Numbered from the stretch's first letter, positions 25,664-36,244 are shown. The stretch: DNA of 64,000 nucleotides from Candidatus Omnitrophota bacterium (GCA_043732705.1 JAYTHE010000032.1:2005-66004); one strand, 5' to 3'. Made by a program: numbers and translations. Notes: generated by a model not told the origin, from the sequence alone.

Positions 25664-27700
25664 ATGAAAGCGCAGATCGACTTAACAAAAAAAAGCAACG
25701 ACGGGCTGGGATGGCTTTTCTGGCTTGTTTTTGCTTTTAAAGCGGGTGCGTCGTTTTTCTTTGCATCGCCCTATTTGGCGCAACTCTTTATTCCATTTCT
25801 TAGTTGGTTTGTCACGAACCATTTTCATAATCCCTGGGATTTTTTCTACGGTTTAAACGCTAAAATGTTTCCTTATCCCGGACTGATGCTGTGGATTATG
25901 AGTGTGCCGCGGCTTTTATTGGGACCTGTGTTGTCGGGTGATTGGAAAGTGGTGACGCCGCTGCATTTATTCGCGGCGCGTATTCCTTTGCTTGCGGCTG
26001 ATATCCTGCTCTTCCTGCAATTGAACAAATTCTTTCCTAATCAACGAAAAAAAATAATCGGAATTTATTGGTGTTCGCCGATTGTTTTTTTTATTAATTA
26101 TATTCATGGCCAACTTGATATTATTCCCACCGCTCTTTTTTTTGCGGCAATTTACTTTCTCGTGGAGAGCCGCTATCTCGTCTTTGTGCTTTTTTTAGCG
26201 CTTGCGGCCGCGACTAAAAACCATGTTTTGATTGCGGTACCGTTTATTTGGATTTTTCTTTACAAGAAGCGGTTAAGCTTTTTTCAGATGGCGGGCTATT
26301 TTCTTTTATTTGTCGCGGCTTATTTTTCGTTTTTATTGCCTTATTTAAATTCCCCGGCATTTCGACAAATGGTTTTTCATTCTCCGGAGCAAGGACGTTT
26401 ATTTGATTTCGTGATCCCCGTTTCTTCCACGCTTAAATTAATTATTTGCCCGACCGTGATCGCCTTACTTTTCATTAAATTTGCCTCTTATAAAAAGCTC
26501 AACCGGGAAATTTTATTGATGTTCTTAGGGATTGTATTCGCATCGCTTGTTGTCTTTGTTCCGCCAATGCCAGGCTGGTTTATGTGGTCCTTTCCTTTCT
26601 TGGTTTATTTTTATATGCATAACAAGGATTATTCCCGTGCCCCGTTTGTCATTTATAACGCGGTGTATGTGTTGTATTTTCTTTTCTTTTTTGAAAAAGA
26701 AGGTGATTGGATTAACAATCTGCAGGCTACTTTTCCGGTCAAGGATTTTGCGTTATCGATTGTTATGTCCTCAGTCGGTTTTATTGCCTTTTGGATGTTT
26801 AATTTGGGGCTGCGCAAAAATGAAGAATTGAAGGCAGTTGAAGCACCGCTTTTAATCGGAATTGGCGGGGATAGTGGCACCGGCAAGCATACGCTTTTAC
26901 GGGTTTTGCGCAGCCTGGTGGGTAAGTCGCGCTCCATGCCTATTTTGGGTGATGATTTTCATAAGTGGGAACGCGGGAATCAAAATTGGAATGTTTACAC
27001 TCATCTGAACCCATCCGCAAATCATTTGCATAAAGGTGCTAACTTGGCGGTGGCATTAAAAGAGGGCTATGCGATTGAAATGGTTCATTATGACCACCAT
27101 GCCGGAAAGTTTACGCATCCGGAAGTGGTTCAGCCCAATAAATTTGTTTTCTTTGTCGGGCTGCATCCCTTTTATTTGAAAAAAATGCGGGATTTAATAC
27201 CGATTAAAATTTATATGGATACCGATGAGGATTTGCGACGCACTTGGAAAGTTCGACGGGATATGACGAAGCGCGGGCATAGCCAGGAAAAAGTCATTGC
27301 GCAGATTTCAGCGCGCTCAGAAGACCGTAAAAAATTTATTGAACCCCAGAAAGATTTTGCGGATTTATTGATTCGCTACAGTCCTGTCGGGGAAATAAGC
27401 GCAAGCAGGTCCGCGCCTTTAAAAGTTTCTTTCACATTGGATAACAGTTTAGATTTGGACGATTTGATGCTTTTGCTTTCCCGCACCAGCTTGGAAGTGG
27501 AACATTTCTCGACGATTCACAAACAGGAGTTGATTGTGAGCGGCGCGATTTCAGCGCGGGAAGTCATGACAATCGCTCAGCAGTTAGATCTTAACTTTGA
27601 CGAGCTTTTGATTAATCCCCGTGGTTGGGTGAAAAATCATAATGGCATCACACAGCTCATTTTTCTGCTTCTTTATAATCATAAAATGAAAGCACGCTAA
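25664..27700 (+). CDS. Fusion of a GT-C-like membrane domain with a phosphoribulokinase/uridine kinase-like domain
   Basis: The N-terminal half is multi-TM with FPYP and HGQLD. The C-terminal half has GGDSGTGKHT, DDFHKWER, YDH, GLHP, WKVRRD..RG and FIEPQK. Confidence 0.78.
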   Translation: MKAQIDLTKKSNDGLGWLFWLVFAFKAGASFFFASPYLAQLFIPFLSWFVTNHFHNPWDFFYGLNAKMFPYPGLMLWIMSVPRLLLGPVLSGDWKVVTPLHLFAARIPLLAADILLFLQLNKFFPNQRKKIIGIYWCSPIVFFINYIHGQLDIIPTALFFAAIYFLVESRYLVFVLFLALAAATKNHVLIAVPFIWIFLYKKRLSFFQMAGYFLLFVAAYFSFLLPYLNSPAFRQMVFHSPEQGRLFDFVIPVSSTLKLIICPTVIALLFIKFASYKKLNREILLMFLGIVFASLVVFVPPMPGWFMWSFPFLVYFYMHNKDYSRAPFVIYNAVYVLYFLFFFEKEGDWINNLQATFPVKDFALSIVMSSVGFIAFWMFNLGLRKNEELKAVEAPLLIGIGGDSGTGKHTLLRVLRSLVGKSRSMPILGDDFHKWERGNQNWNVYTHLNPSANHLHKGANLAVALKEGYAIEMVHYDHHAGKFTHPEVVQPNKFVFFVGLHPFYLKKMRDLIPIKIYMDTDEDLRRTWKVRRDMTKRGHSQEKVIAQISARSEDRKKFIEPQKDFADLLIRYSPVGEISASRSAPLKVSFTLDNSLDLDDLMLLLSRTSLEVEHFSTIHKQELIVSGAISAREVMTIAQQLDLNFDELLINPRGWVKNHNGITQLIFLLLYNHKMKAR

Positions 27701-27701
27701 A

Positions 27702-28514
27702 TTGGCCGCACAGTCGAATCAGGCTCTTCAAGATTTAATAGAAATTTCCAAAAGCGTCGCGCAACATCCGCGGCTTGTGCAGGGCGGCGGCGGTAATTGT
27801 TCGGTAAAGTCCGGCGGCAAACGCTGGGTCAAAGCCTCAGGTTGTTTCCTGGAAGATGTTTCCGAGAAAAAAGGTTTTGCGATTGTGGATGCCGTGAGCG
27901 GCGCACCCTTGGATGAAACCAGCGGCAAAGCATCGATGGAGACTCCACTTCATACTTTGCTCGGCTCTTTCGTTATTCATACTCACCCTGTCGCGATTGC
28001 AGCCTTCACGTCGAGCACCGAAAGCCAGCATTGGTTTAAGCAGCTTTTTTCCGATCCACTTTACGTTTGGGTACCTTACGCGACTCCAGGAAAAAATTTA
28101 TTTGAAAAGGTGCGGTCTATTGTTTCCGCGCAAGATTGTCAAACCGACAAAGTGCTTTTTTTACAAAATCACGGTCTTTTTGTGACTTCTGAATCAAAAC
28201 AGCGGGCGCTTGATTTACATGAAAGAACGGTGTCAAGTGTAGAAAAATTTTTTGAAAAAAATAAAACGCCGGCTGAAATACCTTCTGACCATTTTTTGAC
28301 ACCGGATCATGTGATTTACGGTCAATTAAAAAACAATGCGGTTTCTCTTAAACAAAAAACCGCCGTTGATGAAACGCTTCTACTGGTGGGAGAAGCGCTT
28401 GCGCTTATGCATCAAAAGGGCGGAGCTCCGCATTGGCTTTTAAACAGTGAAGTAGCGCTGCTTTCGAATATGGAAGAAGAAAAACATCGCCGACAGGTTT
28501 GGGAAAAATCATGA
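27702..28514 (+). CDS. Class II aldolase/adducin family protein
   Basis: GGGN.S.K, KASG, SMET.LH, HTHP, PYATPG and LQNHG. TTG start. Confidence 0.85.
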   Translation: MAAQSNQALQDLIEISKSVAQHPRLVQGGGGNCSVKSGGKRWVKASGCFLEDVSEKKGFAIVDAVSGAPLDETSGKASMETPLHTLLGSFVIHTHPVAIAAFTSSTESQHWFKQLFSDPLYVWVPYATPGKNLFEKVRSIVSAQDCQTDKVLFLQNHGLFVTSESKQRALDLHERTVSSVEKFFEKNKTPAEIPSDHFLTPDHVIYGQLKNNAVSLKQKTAVDETLLLVGEALALMHQKGGAPHWLLNSEVALLSNMEEEKHRRQVWEKS

Positions 28515-30838
28515 AAATCATCATTCCAATGGCAGGGATGGGAAAACGTTTTCTTGCTGCAGGTTATGACATGCCAAAAACGCTGATTCCCATCGAAGGA
28601 AAGCCAGTCCTCGAACATGTCGTCCGCCGTTTCTCGCCGGACGATGACTTTGTTTTTGGAATTAATCAAGAACATGACCGGAAAACGCCCATACGTTCTG
28701 TTCTGCAGTCTGTCGCACCGCATGGAAAAATTATCGCTATGCCGTATGAAAAGGGCGGCCCGATCGCGACCGTGAATAATATGGTTTCGGAAATTCGGGA
28801 TGATGAGCCCGTGATTGTTAATTATTGCGATTTCTCCTGGATTTGGGATTATGAACATTTCAAAAAAACGATGCAAGCCACGGAATGTGACGGCGCGGTA
28901 ATTTGTTATCGCGGGTTCCATCCGCATCTTTTGGGGCCCAATCAATATGCCACGCTCGACGCGGACGGTCTTTGGATGAAGGCTATCCGCGAGAAACATT
29001 CCTGGCATGACAATAAAGAAAAAGATTGGACCAGCTCCGGAACGTATTATTTTAAAAAAGGCTGCTACGTCAAAAAATATTTTAAAGAAATTGAAAAGCA
29101 TCATGATTGGCGCATTAACGGCGAGCATTATGTCAGCCAAATTTATCAACTGATGAAAGAAGACGGCCTTAAAATTTTTATTTATGAAATTCCTTATATG
29201 CTGCAATGGGGAACACCGGAAGATATGGAGGAGTACTGTTATTGGGCGGCCTTTTTTGACCTAAAACGGAAATATGATTTTTCGGTTGATCCGAAGGATC
29301 AGAGAAAAAATATGCAAGTATTAATTCTGATGGCGGGGGCGGGAAAGCGTTTTGCGGATGCGGGGCATTTGTTTCCGAAACCTTATATTCCCGTGGACGG
29401 CGGAATTATGGTGGAAAAATCCGCTAAAAGCTTGCCGGGGGGAGATTCCATCCTTTTTGTCACGCGCGATGAATTGCGCAATCCAAAATTGGAAGAAAGG
29501 CTTCATCGTGAATTCGACTCGCCGCGCATTCTTAGTTTGAATCAAATGACTGAGGGGCAGGCGGCCACTGCGCTTTGCGCGAAAGCGCAGTTGAATCTTG
29601 AAAAGCCGCTTCTTATCGGTGCCTGTGACCATCAAATTTTTTATGATGAAAAATATTTTCAGAAACTGACCGCCGAAGGATCAGGCGTGGACGCGCTTAT
29701 CTTTACTTATCGCAATAATCCTAATGTGCGCCGCAACCCGCAGGCTTATGGCTGGGTGGCGGGCGATGCCGCAGGACAGGCTCATTCGGTTTCGGTTAAA
29801 AAAGCTTTGCCGGGAAATCCCATGAAAAACCACGCGATTATCGGTTCATTTTGGTTTCGCAAAGCGCGTTACTTTACGGAGCATACTGAACGTATGATTC
29901 AAGAGAACTGCCGGATTCATAATGAATTTTACATTGATCAAGCGATGAACTATTTGATTCAAGCCGGTTTTAAAGTACATGTTTTTGAAGTCGATGCTTA
30001 TGCATCATGGGGAACACCGGAGGATTTACAGACGTATGAATATTGGCAGCGGTACCATCATATTTCTGCCGCCGACCTTCCGACTCAACCGGCGATGGAT
30101 AAAAAAATATCAATCGTGATTCCGGCTTACAACGAGGCAAAAAACTTACCCGGTTTATTGCAGCGCATTCACGCCTGCGTCAAAAAAAATAGTGTTCAAC
30201 AAAACTCAGAATGGATTTTAGTGGATAACGGGTCCACGGACGAAACTTGGAAGATATTGCAGGAAGCCGCGCAAAAAACGGCTTATATTAAGCCTTTGCG
30301 GATTGAGGTGAATTCAGGCTACGGAAATGGCATTTTAAAGGGTTTAAAGCGGGGAATGGGGCAGGTTTTAGCTTGGACCCATGCGGACTGCCAAACGGAC
30401 CCAGAAGACGTTCTAAGAGCTTTAAATGCCTATACAAGCGAGTCTCAAACAGGCTCAAAAGTGTTGGTTAAAGGACAGCGTCAAAAGCGGTCTTGGATCG
30501 ATTGTTTTTTTTCATTCGGCATGCAAACTTGGGCAAGCTGGGTATTGCGCATCAAACTGCATGAGATCAATGCTCAGCCCAAAGTTTTCCCGCGCGCGTT
30601 ATTGAACGAAATGCAAAACGCACCGCATGACTTTTCACTCGATCTTTATCTCCTCTATCTGGCGCAAAAAAAAGGTTATCGTATCCATGAAATTCCGGTT
30701 GAATTTAAAGTGCGTGTGCATGGCGAAGCAAAGGGTGGCGGGGGAAGCATAAAAAATCGCTGGAAATTGATTCAGCGCACTTTTAAATATATTATGGAAC
30801 TTAATCGCCGGTTGAACGCAAGTTCAGAGGCAAAATAA
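28511..30838 (+). CDS. Tandem sugar nucleotidyltransferase-like domains fused to a C-terminal GT2 domain
   Basis: Two copies of (P/L)MAG.GKRF....PK and WGTPED, followed by VIPAYNE, VDNGSTD and HADCQ. Confidence 0.85.
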   Translation: MKIIIPMAGMGKRFLAAGYDMPKTLIPIEGKPVLEHVVRRFSPDDDFVFGINQEHDRKTPIRSVLQSVAPHGKIIAMPYEKGGPIATVNNMVSEIRDDEPVIVNYCDFSWIWDYEHFKKTMQATECDGAVICYRGFHPHLLGPNQYATLDADGLWMKAIREKHSWHDNKEKDWTSSGTYYFKKGCYVKKYFKEIEKHHDWRINGEHYVSQIYQLMKEDGLKIFIYEIPYMLQWGTPEDMEEYCYWAAFFDLKRKYDFSVDPKDQRKNMQVLILMAGAGKRFADAGHLFPKPYIPVDGGIMVEKSAKSLPGGDSILFVTRDELRNPKLEERLHREFDSPRILSLNQMTEGQAATALCAKAQLNLEKPLLIGACDHQIFYDEKYFQKLTAEGSGVDALIFTYRNNPNVRRNPQAYGWVAGDAAGQAHSVSVKKALPGNPMKNHAIIGSFWFRKARYFTEHTERMIQENCRIHNEFYIDQAMNYLIQAGFKVHVFEVDAYASWGTPEDLQTYEYWQRYHHISAADLPTQPAMDKKISIVIPAYNEAKNLPGLLQRIHACVKKNSVQQNSEWILVDNGSTDETWKILQEAAQKTAYIKPLRIEVNSGYGNGILKGLKRGMGQVLAWTHADCQTDPEDVLRALNAYTSESQTGSKVLVKGQRQKRSWIDCFFSFGMQTWASWVLRIKLHEINAQPKVFPRALLNEMQNAPHDFSLDLYLLYLAQKKGYRIHEIPVEFKVRVHGEAKGGGGSIKNRWKLIQRTFKYIMELNRRLNASSEAK

Positions 30839-30917
30839 AAACGCCGCAGGTTGAGCGCAAGCTCAGGGACAAAAATGAAAGCACAACTGATTGGGCGTAG
30901 CCCAGAGGAAAAATGAA
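30807..30917 (+). repeat. Three tandem copies of the small hairpin repeat; the third supplies the RBS and ATG of the next gene
   Basis: gccggttgaac-gcaa-gttcagaggc, gcaggttgagc-gcaa-gctcagggac and ctgattgggc-gta-gcccagagg, each followed by an A-rich tail (aaaataaaa, aaaaatgaaa, aaaaatgaag). Confidence 0.75.
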
Positions 30918-31506
30918 GCTGATCCGCCACCGTATCAATACCGTTCAGGATTTAAAAACTGTTTCCCATGAAATGGGAGTTGAGCTGGATTTGCGCGAAG
31001 GCTGCGATGGTCAAAACAGTGGAAAAATTATTTTGCAGCATGACCCGTTTAAGGAGGGTGAGAGTTTCGAAGACTATTTAAAGCAATACCGGCATGGACT
31101 CATGATTCTCAATATCAAAACCGAAGGCATTGAAAGCGCGGTTTTGGAATTAGTTAAAAAGTATAAGGTAAAAGATTATTTTTTTCTTGATGTGGCATTT
31201 CCCGCAATGATGAAATTGGTTTTAAAAGGGGAGAAGCAAATCGCAGTTCGGTTTTCTGAGCATGAGCCGGTAGAACAATGCCTGGCTTTGCGCGGGCTTG
31301 TGGATTGGGTTTGGGCGGATTGTTTTACACGCTTGCCTTTCACGCCTGAAAGCTATACTGCGTTAAAAGGAAGTTTTAAAATTTGCTTGGTCTCACCTGA
31401 GCTGCAGAATCATCCCAAAGAACGGATTTTGGAATTTAAAAATGAACTCAAGCGATATCCCATCGATGCGGTTTGCACAAAATATCCGGAATTATGGCAG
31501 TCTTAA
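30913..31506 (+). CDS. Glycerophosphodiester phosphodiesterase-like (PLC-like TIM barrel) protein
   Basis: HRIN, GVELDLR, HDPF, LNIK, RFSE.E and VSPEL. Confidence 0.75.
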   Translation: MKLIRHRINTVQDLKTVSHEMGVELDLREGCDGQNSGKIILQHDPFKEGESFEDYLKQYRHGLMILNIKTEGIESAVLELVKKYKVKDYFFLDVAFPAMMKLVLKGEKQIAVRFSEHEPVEQCLALRGLVDWVWADCFTRLPFTPESYTALKGSFKICLVSPELQNHPKERILEFKNELKRYPIDAVCTKYPELWQS

Positions 31507-32126
31507 CGGATTTGAAGCGGGTCATCGTGGATAAGAAAGCGGTTTTGCTGGATTTGGATAACACCCTTTATGCTTATGACCCTTGTCACGCCTACGCGTT
31601 TAAAATGGTTTATCGTTTTTTTTGTCAACATGTCCAAAAAATAACTCTTACAGATTTTCAAAAAGAATACAGTTTTGCGCAAAAAAAGATTCACAGAAAA
31701 TTTAAAGGGACGGCTTTTTCACATTCGCGTTTGCATTATTTCGAAATGATATTAAGAAAATACAGTTCCGGCTTTCCCGCGTTGAAACTCGAAAAATTTT
31801 ACTGGAATGCTTTTTTCGAGAAAATGAAACTCGCGCCCTGGGTTTTTCCGTTCCTTGCTTTTTGTAAAAAGGAAAAAAAGAAGGTTGTGATTGTGACGAA
31901 TTTAACAACCGCGCTTCAGAAACGAAAAATTAAATTTTTAAATCTAACTTCAAAAGTGGATGCGATGGTGACTTCCGAAGATGCCGGAATTGAAAAACCC
32001 GATCCAAGAATCTTCCGCCGCGCGCTCAAAAAACTGCACGCCAAGCCCTTTGAAGCAATTACAATTGGTGATGATATGAAGTCGGATCGCGTGCCCTTTT
32101 TAGATTTCTTTTTAGTGAAGGGATAA
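31494..32126 (+). CDS. HAD-family phosphatase
   Basis: DLDNTLY, VTN, EKPDP and IGDD..SD. Confidence 0.9.
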   Translation: MAVLTDLKRVIVDKKAVLLDLDNTLYAYDPCHAYAFKMVYRFFCQHVQKITLTDFQKEYSFAQKKIHRKFKGTAFSHSRLHYFEMILRKYSSGFPALKLEKFYWNAFFEKMKLAPWVFPFLAFCKKEKKKVVIVTNLTTALQKRKIKFLNLTSKVDAMVTSEDAGIEKPDPRIFRRALKKLHAKPFEAITIGDDMKSDRVPFLDFFLVKG

Positions 32127-32131
32127 AGCAA

Positions 32132-33631
32132 TTGGTTGAGTTTCTGTTAAATAAAATAAAAGCCGAGAATGTCAAAAAACTCTCTCTGCGGGATTTATTT
32201 GAGCGATATTATTTTGCCTGCATTTTGTCTTTGATTCTCTGCTTTTTGTGGTGGGTGGGTTCGAATTTATATCATAATTTTTACTTTCACTCGGATGGTT
32301 TTCATTATTACTATGCGATTAGAAACTTTTTGAATGGGCATGGCCTCTATGAAGGGCCTACTTTCGAATATCTTCTTGGCGTTCACTCCTACCTGACATT
32401 TTGTCTGCTGATACCGATTTTTAAAATTTTTCCTACGCCGTTAATTTTGCTAGGGCTGACCCCGCTTTTACATTTATTTTCAGCTTATTTAATTTATCGA
32501 GTGATGAAAGAATTGACGGGTATCTCAAATATTTTTGTAAGAAGTGCTGCCGGGATTTTATATTTACTTTATCCGGTTATTTTTGGCCAGATTTTGGGAA
32601 AAAATTTTTTATTTGAGCCAGATTATTTTTTGCCACCGCTTTCTTTGCTGCTGGTTCTTGCCTGTTTACGCCGCAGTAAAAGGGCGCTTTGCTGGCTGAC
32701 TGTCTTGATAGTTGGCACAAAAGAGGAATATATACCGCTTTTTCCTTTGCTCTTATTCTGGTCACTTTGGCTGTGTCGATTTGCTTCGGGAAATCAAAAA
32801 AGATTGGCTTGGAAGGATCTGTGCGTGGTTATTCCTTATTATGTGATTACAAGTGCGATTGCGCTGGTGGTTTTGTTTTACTTTAAGAATCTAAATTCCA
32901 CCAGCCAAGTTGTTGTAGCGTTTGATATTCGGGCTATTCTTTCTTCCATGGGGCAGGCGCTTTGGTTGCTATTCACAGTGTTAGCCCTCTATCCGCTTGC
33001 GCCGCTAATCTTTGTCGTATTTTGCTTTTGCCGTGACTCAATTAAAGCGGCATTGCTTTTTTGCATTTTAGTATTTGTAGTTGGACGCTTTGGCGCGAGT
33101 TTATTTATTTATGGTTCTCTTGATTTAGAACACTGGACAAATATCGTGTTTCCGGTTCAGTTACTGCTTGTCCTTATTGTGGGTGTTGGCGAGCTGTGGA
33201 AACGGAAAAAAGCATATCTCTATTGTCTTTTATTTGCTGCCGTCATAGGTTCCGTAGGCTTATGTTTGCTGGTTGATAAACAGTCTTCAGCCTGGAAACA
33301 GTTTAAACAGATACTTCAGTCGACGGAGAAAAACCCTGAGAATCAGGAGATTTTAGAAATAGCAAAAATAATTCCCAGCCCCGGAAAGAAGAGCGAATAC
33401 TATTTGACATCAGGATATTACATTTATCCTTTCGTTAAGCGCAGTCATATGTCCTTTGAGTGGTGGAATAATAAATATAAGGATCCTGTGCTTCAAGAAA
33501 AAATCTTAAATGGTGCTCGGTTTGTCGTTGTTAAAAAGACTGATGAATGGCTGCGTTTGACGCAATTTCCTATGCCGGGTTTTCGAGCAATAAAGAATAC
33601 CGAGCATTTTATTCTTCTTTGGCGGGATTAA
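32132..33631 (+). CDS. Multi-TM GT-C-like protein (DUF2079-like)
   Basis: D in the first loop, LGVH, FEPD, KEE and many TM helices. Confidence 0.65.
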   Translation: MVEFLLNKIKAENVKKLSLRDLFERYYFACILSLILCFLWWVGSNLYHNFYFHSDGFHYYYAIRNFLNGHGLYEGPTFEYLLGVHSYLTFCLLIPIFKIFPTPLILLGLTPLLHLFSAYLIYRVMKELTGISNIFVRSAAGILYLLYPVIFGQILGKNFLFEPDYFLPPLSLLLVLACLRRSKRALCWLTVLIVGTKEEYIPLFPLLLFWSLWLCRFASGNQKRLAWKDLCVVIPYYVITSAIALVVLFYFKNLNSTSQVVVAFDIRAILSSMGQALWLLFTVLALYPLAPLIFVVFCFCRDSIKAALLFCILVFVVGRFGASLFIYGSLDLEHWTNIVFPVQLLLVLIVGVGELWKRKKAYLYCLLFAAVIGSVGLCLLVDKQSSAWKQFKQILQSTEKNPENQEILEIAKIIPSPGKKSEYYLTSGYYIYPFVKRSHMSFEWWNNKYKDPVLQEKILNGARFVVVKKTDEWLRLTQFPMPGFRAIKNTEHFILLWRD

Positions 33632-33634
33632 ACT

Positions 33635-35329
33635 TTAGCGCTTAGTGAGAACGTAGAAATAAAAACTGTTGGTGCCGTTGCGCGTTCGTTGGCTTGGGTC
33701 AATTTCAATGTCTGAATCTTTTTCCTCTCGATAAATCATCTTATAGTCTTCCGGATTTCCAAAAGCCATAAAATAGGGTTGATGACGCAGCATTAAAAGT
33801 ACTTTAGTTTTATATTTCCATAAATTGAAAATCTCCGGCGTCAGTTTGTCGCGATGACCGATGAATGCAATTGTTTTAAACGGTGGGGAAGTGTGCGGCG
33901 AATAATTCGATTCGGGTGTTTCATTTTCGAAATAATTTACAGTTTTCAAAACCGACGGCATGATAGCCGGGTTTTGTGTGAAGCTAGTTGTGAATAGCGC
34001 GTCCGTTTGAAAATGTTGAAGGACACTGCAGATTTTCTCTTCATTGAAAGGGTCTTTTCTTTCCTGAACGCGCTGCGGGAAAAAATAAAAAAAGCCTACA
34101 ATGATTAGCCCGAGTAAGGGAATAGTTGCAAACCGCTGGCCCAACTCTTTGCCGGTCTTATGAAGCCGGTCCAATATTAAAATCCAGCCTTCCGCACAAA
34201 GAAAAACCATATAGGGCAGGGCAATTAAACTATGCCGCGTCGGGCTGAGCGTGAGTTTGCTTTTTAAAATTAAATAAGCCCATGCCGCCGCAATCAGCAT
34301 AAAGAATAATCCGATTGTCTGTTTTCGCTGAATATTGGAACGAGCAAGCCTGATTAGCCCCAGGATAAATAAAATAAAAATTATAAAGCGAGTGAATTTA
34401 AAAAGAGGTTTCTCCTCCGGAAGAAATGCCGTTATGCTGCCCAAAACAATATAGAAATTTTTAAGAAAAAACCAAAGGGTTTGGGCGAATCGTGTAATAA
34501 GCGGGGTCGCCTGATTAATAATTAGCTGGAATTCATTATTCGGCCCGGCATTCCAGTGAATTCCGGAAGTAAGCCATTGGCGTTTGAGAAAGGTTAAATA
34601 CATCGGATAAACAAGTTCAGCGAATAGCAATCCCGGAAGAACCAAATTGATCAAAGCGCGCTTTTTATTTTGACCGCCGGACCAGTCATGCCAAAAAACA
34701 GATAAAAAATATGCGGGAGCGAAAAATAAAATCTCATACTGGCTGTGGCTCAATAGCACGACAACGAGAGATCCAATAAGACGCGAAAGAAATGAATTGT
34801 TTCCGGGCCGGATTTGCTCCCATAAAAGCAAAAGCAGTGCTACGGCTGAAAAAACGCCGATTGAATAGCTTTCCATTTGTTTAGCGTAAATAATATTTTC
34901 CCAGGAAAATACGGTTAATACGAGAGCGATTGATACGGCGGGAGTTTGCAGGCCGTCATAGCGCTTATAAAAGTAAATCAACATAAAAAAAGTGAAAACA
35001 CCGAAGATAAAAGATGGGAAGCGTCCCCAAAAAAGAATTTGGCGGTAATTTTGCCCCGAATGCAAAAGCGGAGTCGTAAAAAAGAATTGCAAAGGGGCAT
35101 ATGTCCAATGACGCGGAACAGCAGTATATTGCTGCCAATAAAAGTCACAGAGTTGAATAAGGGTTGCCTGAAGCGGAGGTTTGATTTCTTTCGCGGTCAA
35201 TATTGTTTTTGCGACGCCCAGATCATCAATATGCGAAAAGTGTGTGCCAAGATCAATCAAGCGGACAAAAGTGCCGGCAATAATTAAAAATGTTAAAAAC
35301 AGAAAACGAATTTGAAGTTGCTTATTCAT
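33635..35329 (-). CDS. GT-C fold membrane glycosyltransferase
   Basis: HIDD in the first loop, YAPL, RFPS..G, YAKQ..SY and many TM helices. Confidence 0.7.
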   Translation of the reverse strand: MNKQLQIRFLFLTFLIIAGTFVRLIDLGTHFSHIDDLGVAKTILTAKEIKPPLQATLIQLCDFYWQQYTAVPRHWTYAPLQFFFTTPLLHSGQNYRQILFWGRFPSFIFGVFTFFMLIYFYKRYDGLQTPAVSIALVLTVFSWENIIYAKQMESYSIGVFSAVALLLLLWEQIRPGNNSFLSRLIGSLVVVLLSHSQYEILFFAPAYFLSVFWHDWSGGQNKKRALINLVLPGLLFAELVYPMYLTFLKRQWLTSGIHWNAGPNNEFQLIINQATPLITRFAQTLWFFLKNFYIVLGSITAFLPEEKPLFKFTRFIIFILFILGLIRLARSNIQRKQTIGLFFMLIAAAWAYLILKSKLTLSPTRHSLIALPYMVFLCAEGWILILDRLHKTGKELGQRFATIPLLGLIIVGFFYFFPQRVQERKDPFNEEKICSVLQHFQTDALFTTSFTQNPAIMPSVLKTVNYFENETPESNYSPHTSPPFKTIAFIGHRDKLTPEIFNLWKYKTKVLLMLRHQPYFMAFGNPEDYKMIYREEKDSDIEIDPSQRTRNGTNSFYFYVLTKR

Positions 35330-35486
35330 TTGTAGCGATTATGCCCTTTTGGTATAAAATGGCAACTGAGTAATTTATCTCATTGAAATTAGCCCGCACC
35401 GACTTGAATGTTTATATGATGACAAAAACAAAAGGTGATTTATTTTATTAAAGGGGCCATTTTTTCCGGCGCATACAGAAAACAGG

Positions 35487-36242
35487 ATGAAAAGCGAGGG
35501 AGACATTGCTGCGGCTCGCGATGTATTTTTCGACAAGCGCCCCACTAATCTCCGCTTTTTGTTGCATAAAAGATTTTCTTGGATGAATGAATATTGCGAT
35601 GGAAAGGAATCCATCTTAGAGGTTGGTGCGGGAGCGGCTTTCACAAAAGAATATATAAAAAATCCTTTTTTTAAAACCACAGACTACATCAAGCAGCCTT
35701 GGATTGATTTAGAAGTCGATGCTCTTCAAACAGATTTTCCGGATCAATCAATTGATGTCATTATTAGTACGCATATGATCCATCATTTGGCTAAACCGGG
35801 TGTTTTTTTTAGAGAAATGCGGCGAATTTTAAAACCCGGCGGCCTTTTACTGATTCAAGAGATCGAGACAAGGTTATTACTGAGGATATTATTGCGTCTC
35901 ATGCGTCATGAAGGCTGGTCTTATGAAATTGACGTATTTGACGAACGCTCTGTTTGTAACGATCCGAATGACCCATGGTCGGCAAACTGCGCCATTCCGC
36001 AGCTTTTATTTTCCGATTCTCAGAAGTTTGAGAAAAATATTCCGAGTTTTAAAATTTTGCGTAATGAACTTTGTGAATGCTTCATTTTCCCTTTATCGGG
36101 AGGCGTCATTGCGAAATCTAAGATGATTAATCTGCCATGGAAACTGCTAGAGTTGATAGATAAGCTGGATACTTTTTTAGTTTGGCTTTGTCCTTCTATT
36201 TTTGCGATGGGGCGCAGAGTTGTTTTAGAAAGGCGGGGTTGA
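35487..36242 (+). CDS. Class I SAM-dependent methyltransferase
   Basis: LEVGAGAA, VDA, IHHL and RILKPGG. Confidence 0.88.
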   Translation: MKSEGDIAAARDVFFDKRPTNLRFLLHKRFSWMNEYCDGKESILEVGAGAAFTKEYIKNPFFKTTDYIKQPWIDLEVDALQTDFPDQSIDVIISTHMIHHLAKPGVFFREMRRILKPGGLLLIQEIETRLLLRILLRLMRHEGWSYEIDVFDERSVCNDPNDPWSANCAIPQLLFSDSQKFEKNIPSFKILRNELCECFIFPLSGGVIAKSKMINLPWKLLELIDKLDTFLVWLCPSIFAMGRRVVLERRG

Positions 36243-36244
36243 GT

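Noticed and set aside
26864-27700. Phosphoribulokinase as evidence for a Calvin cycle
   Set aside because: It is fused to a membrane glycosyltransferase-like domain, has altered motifs, and no RuBisCO is nearby.
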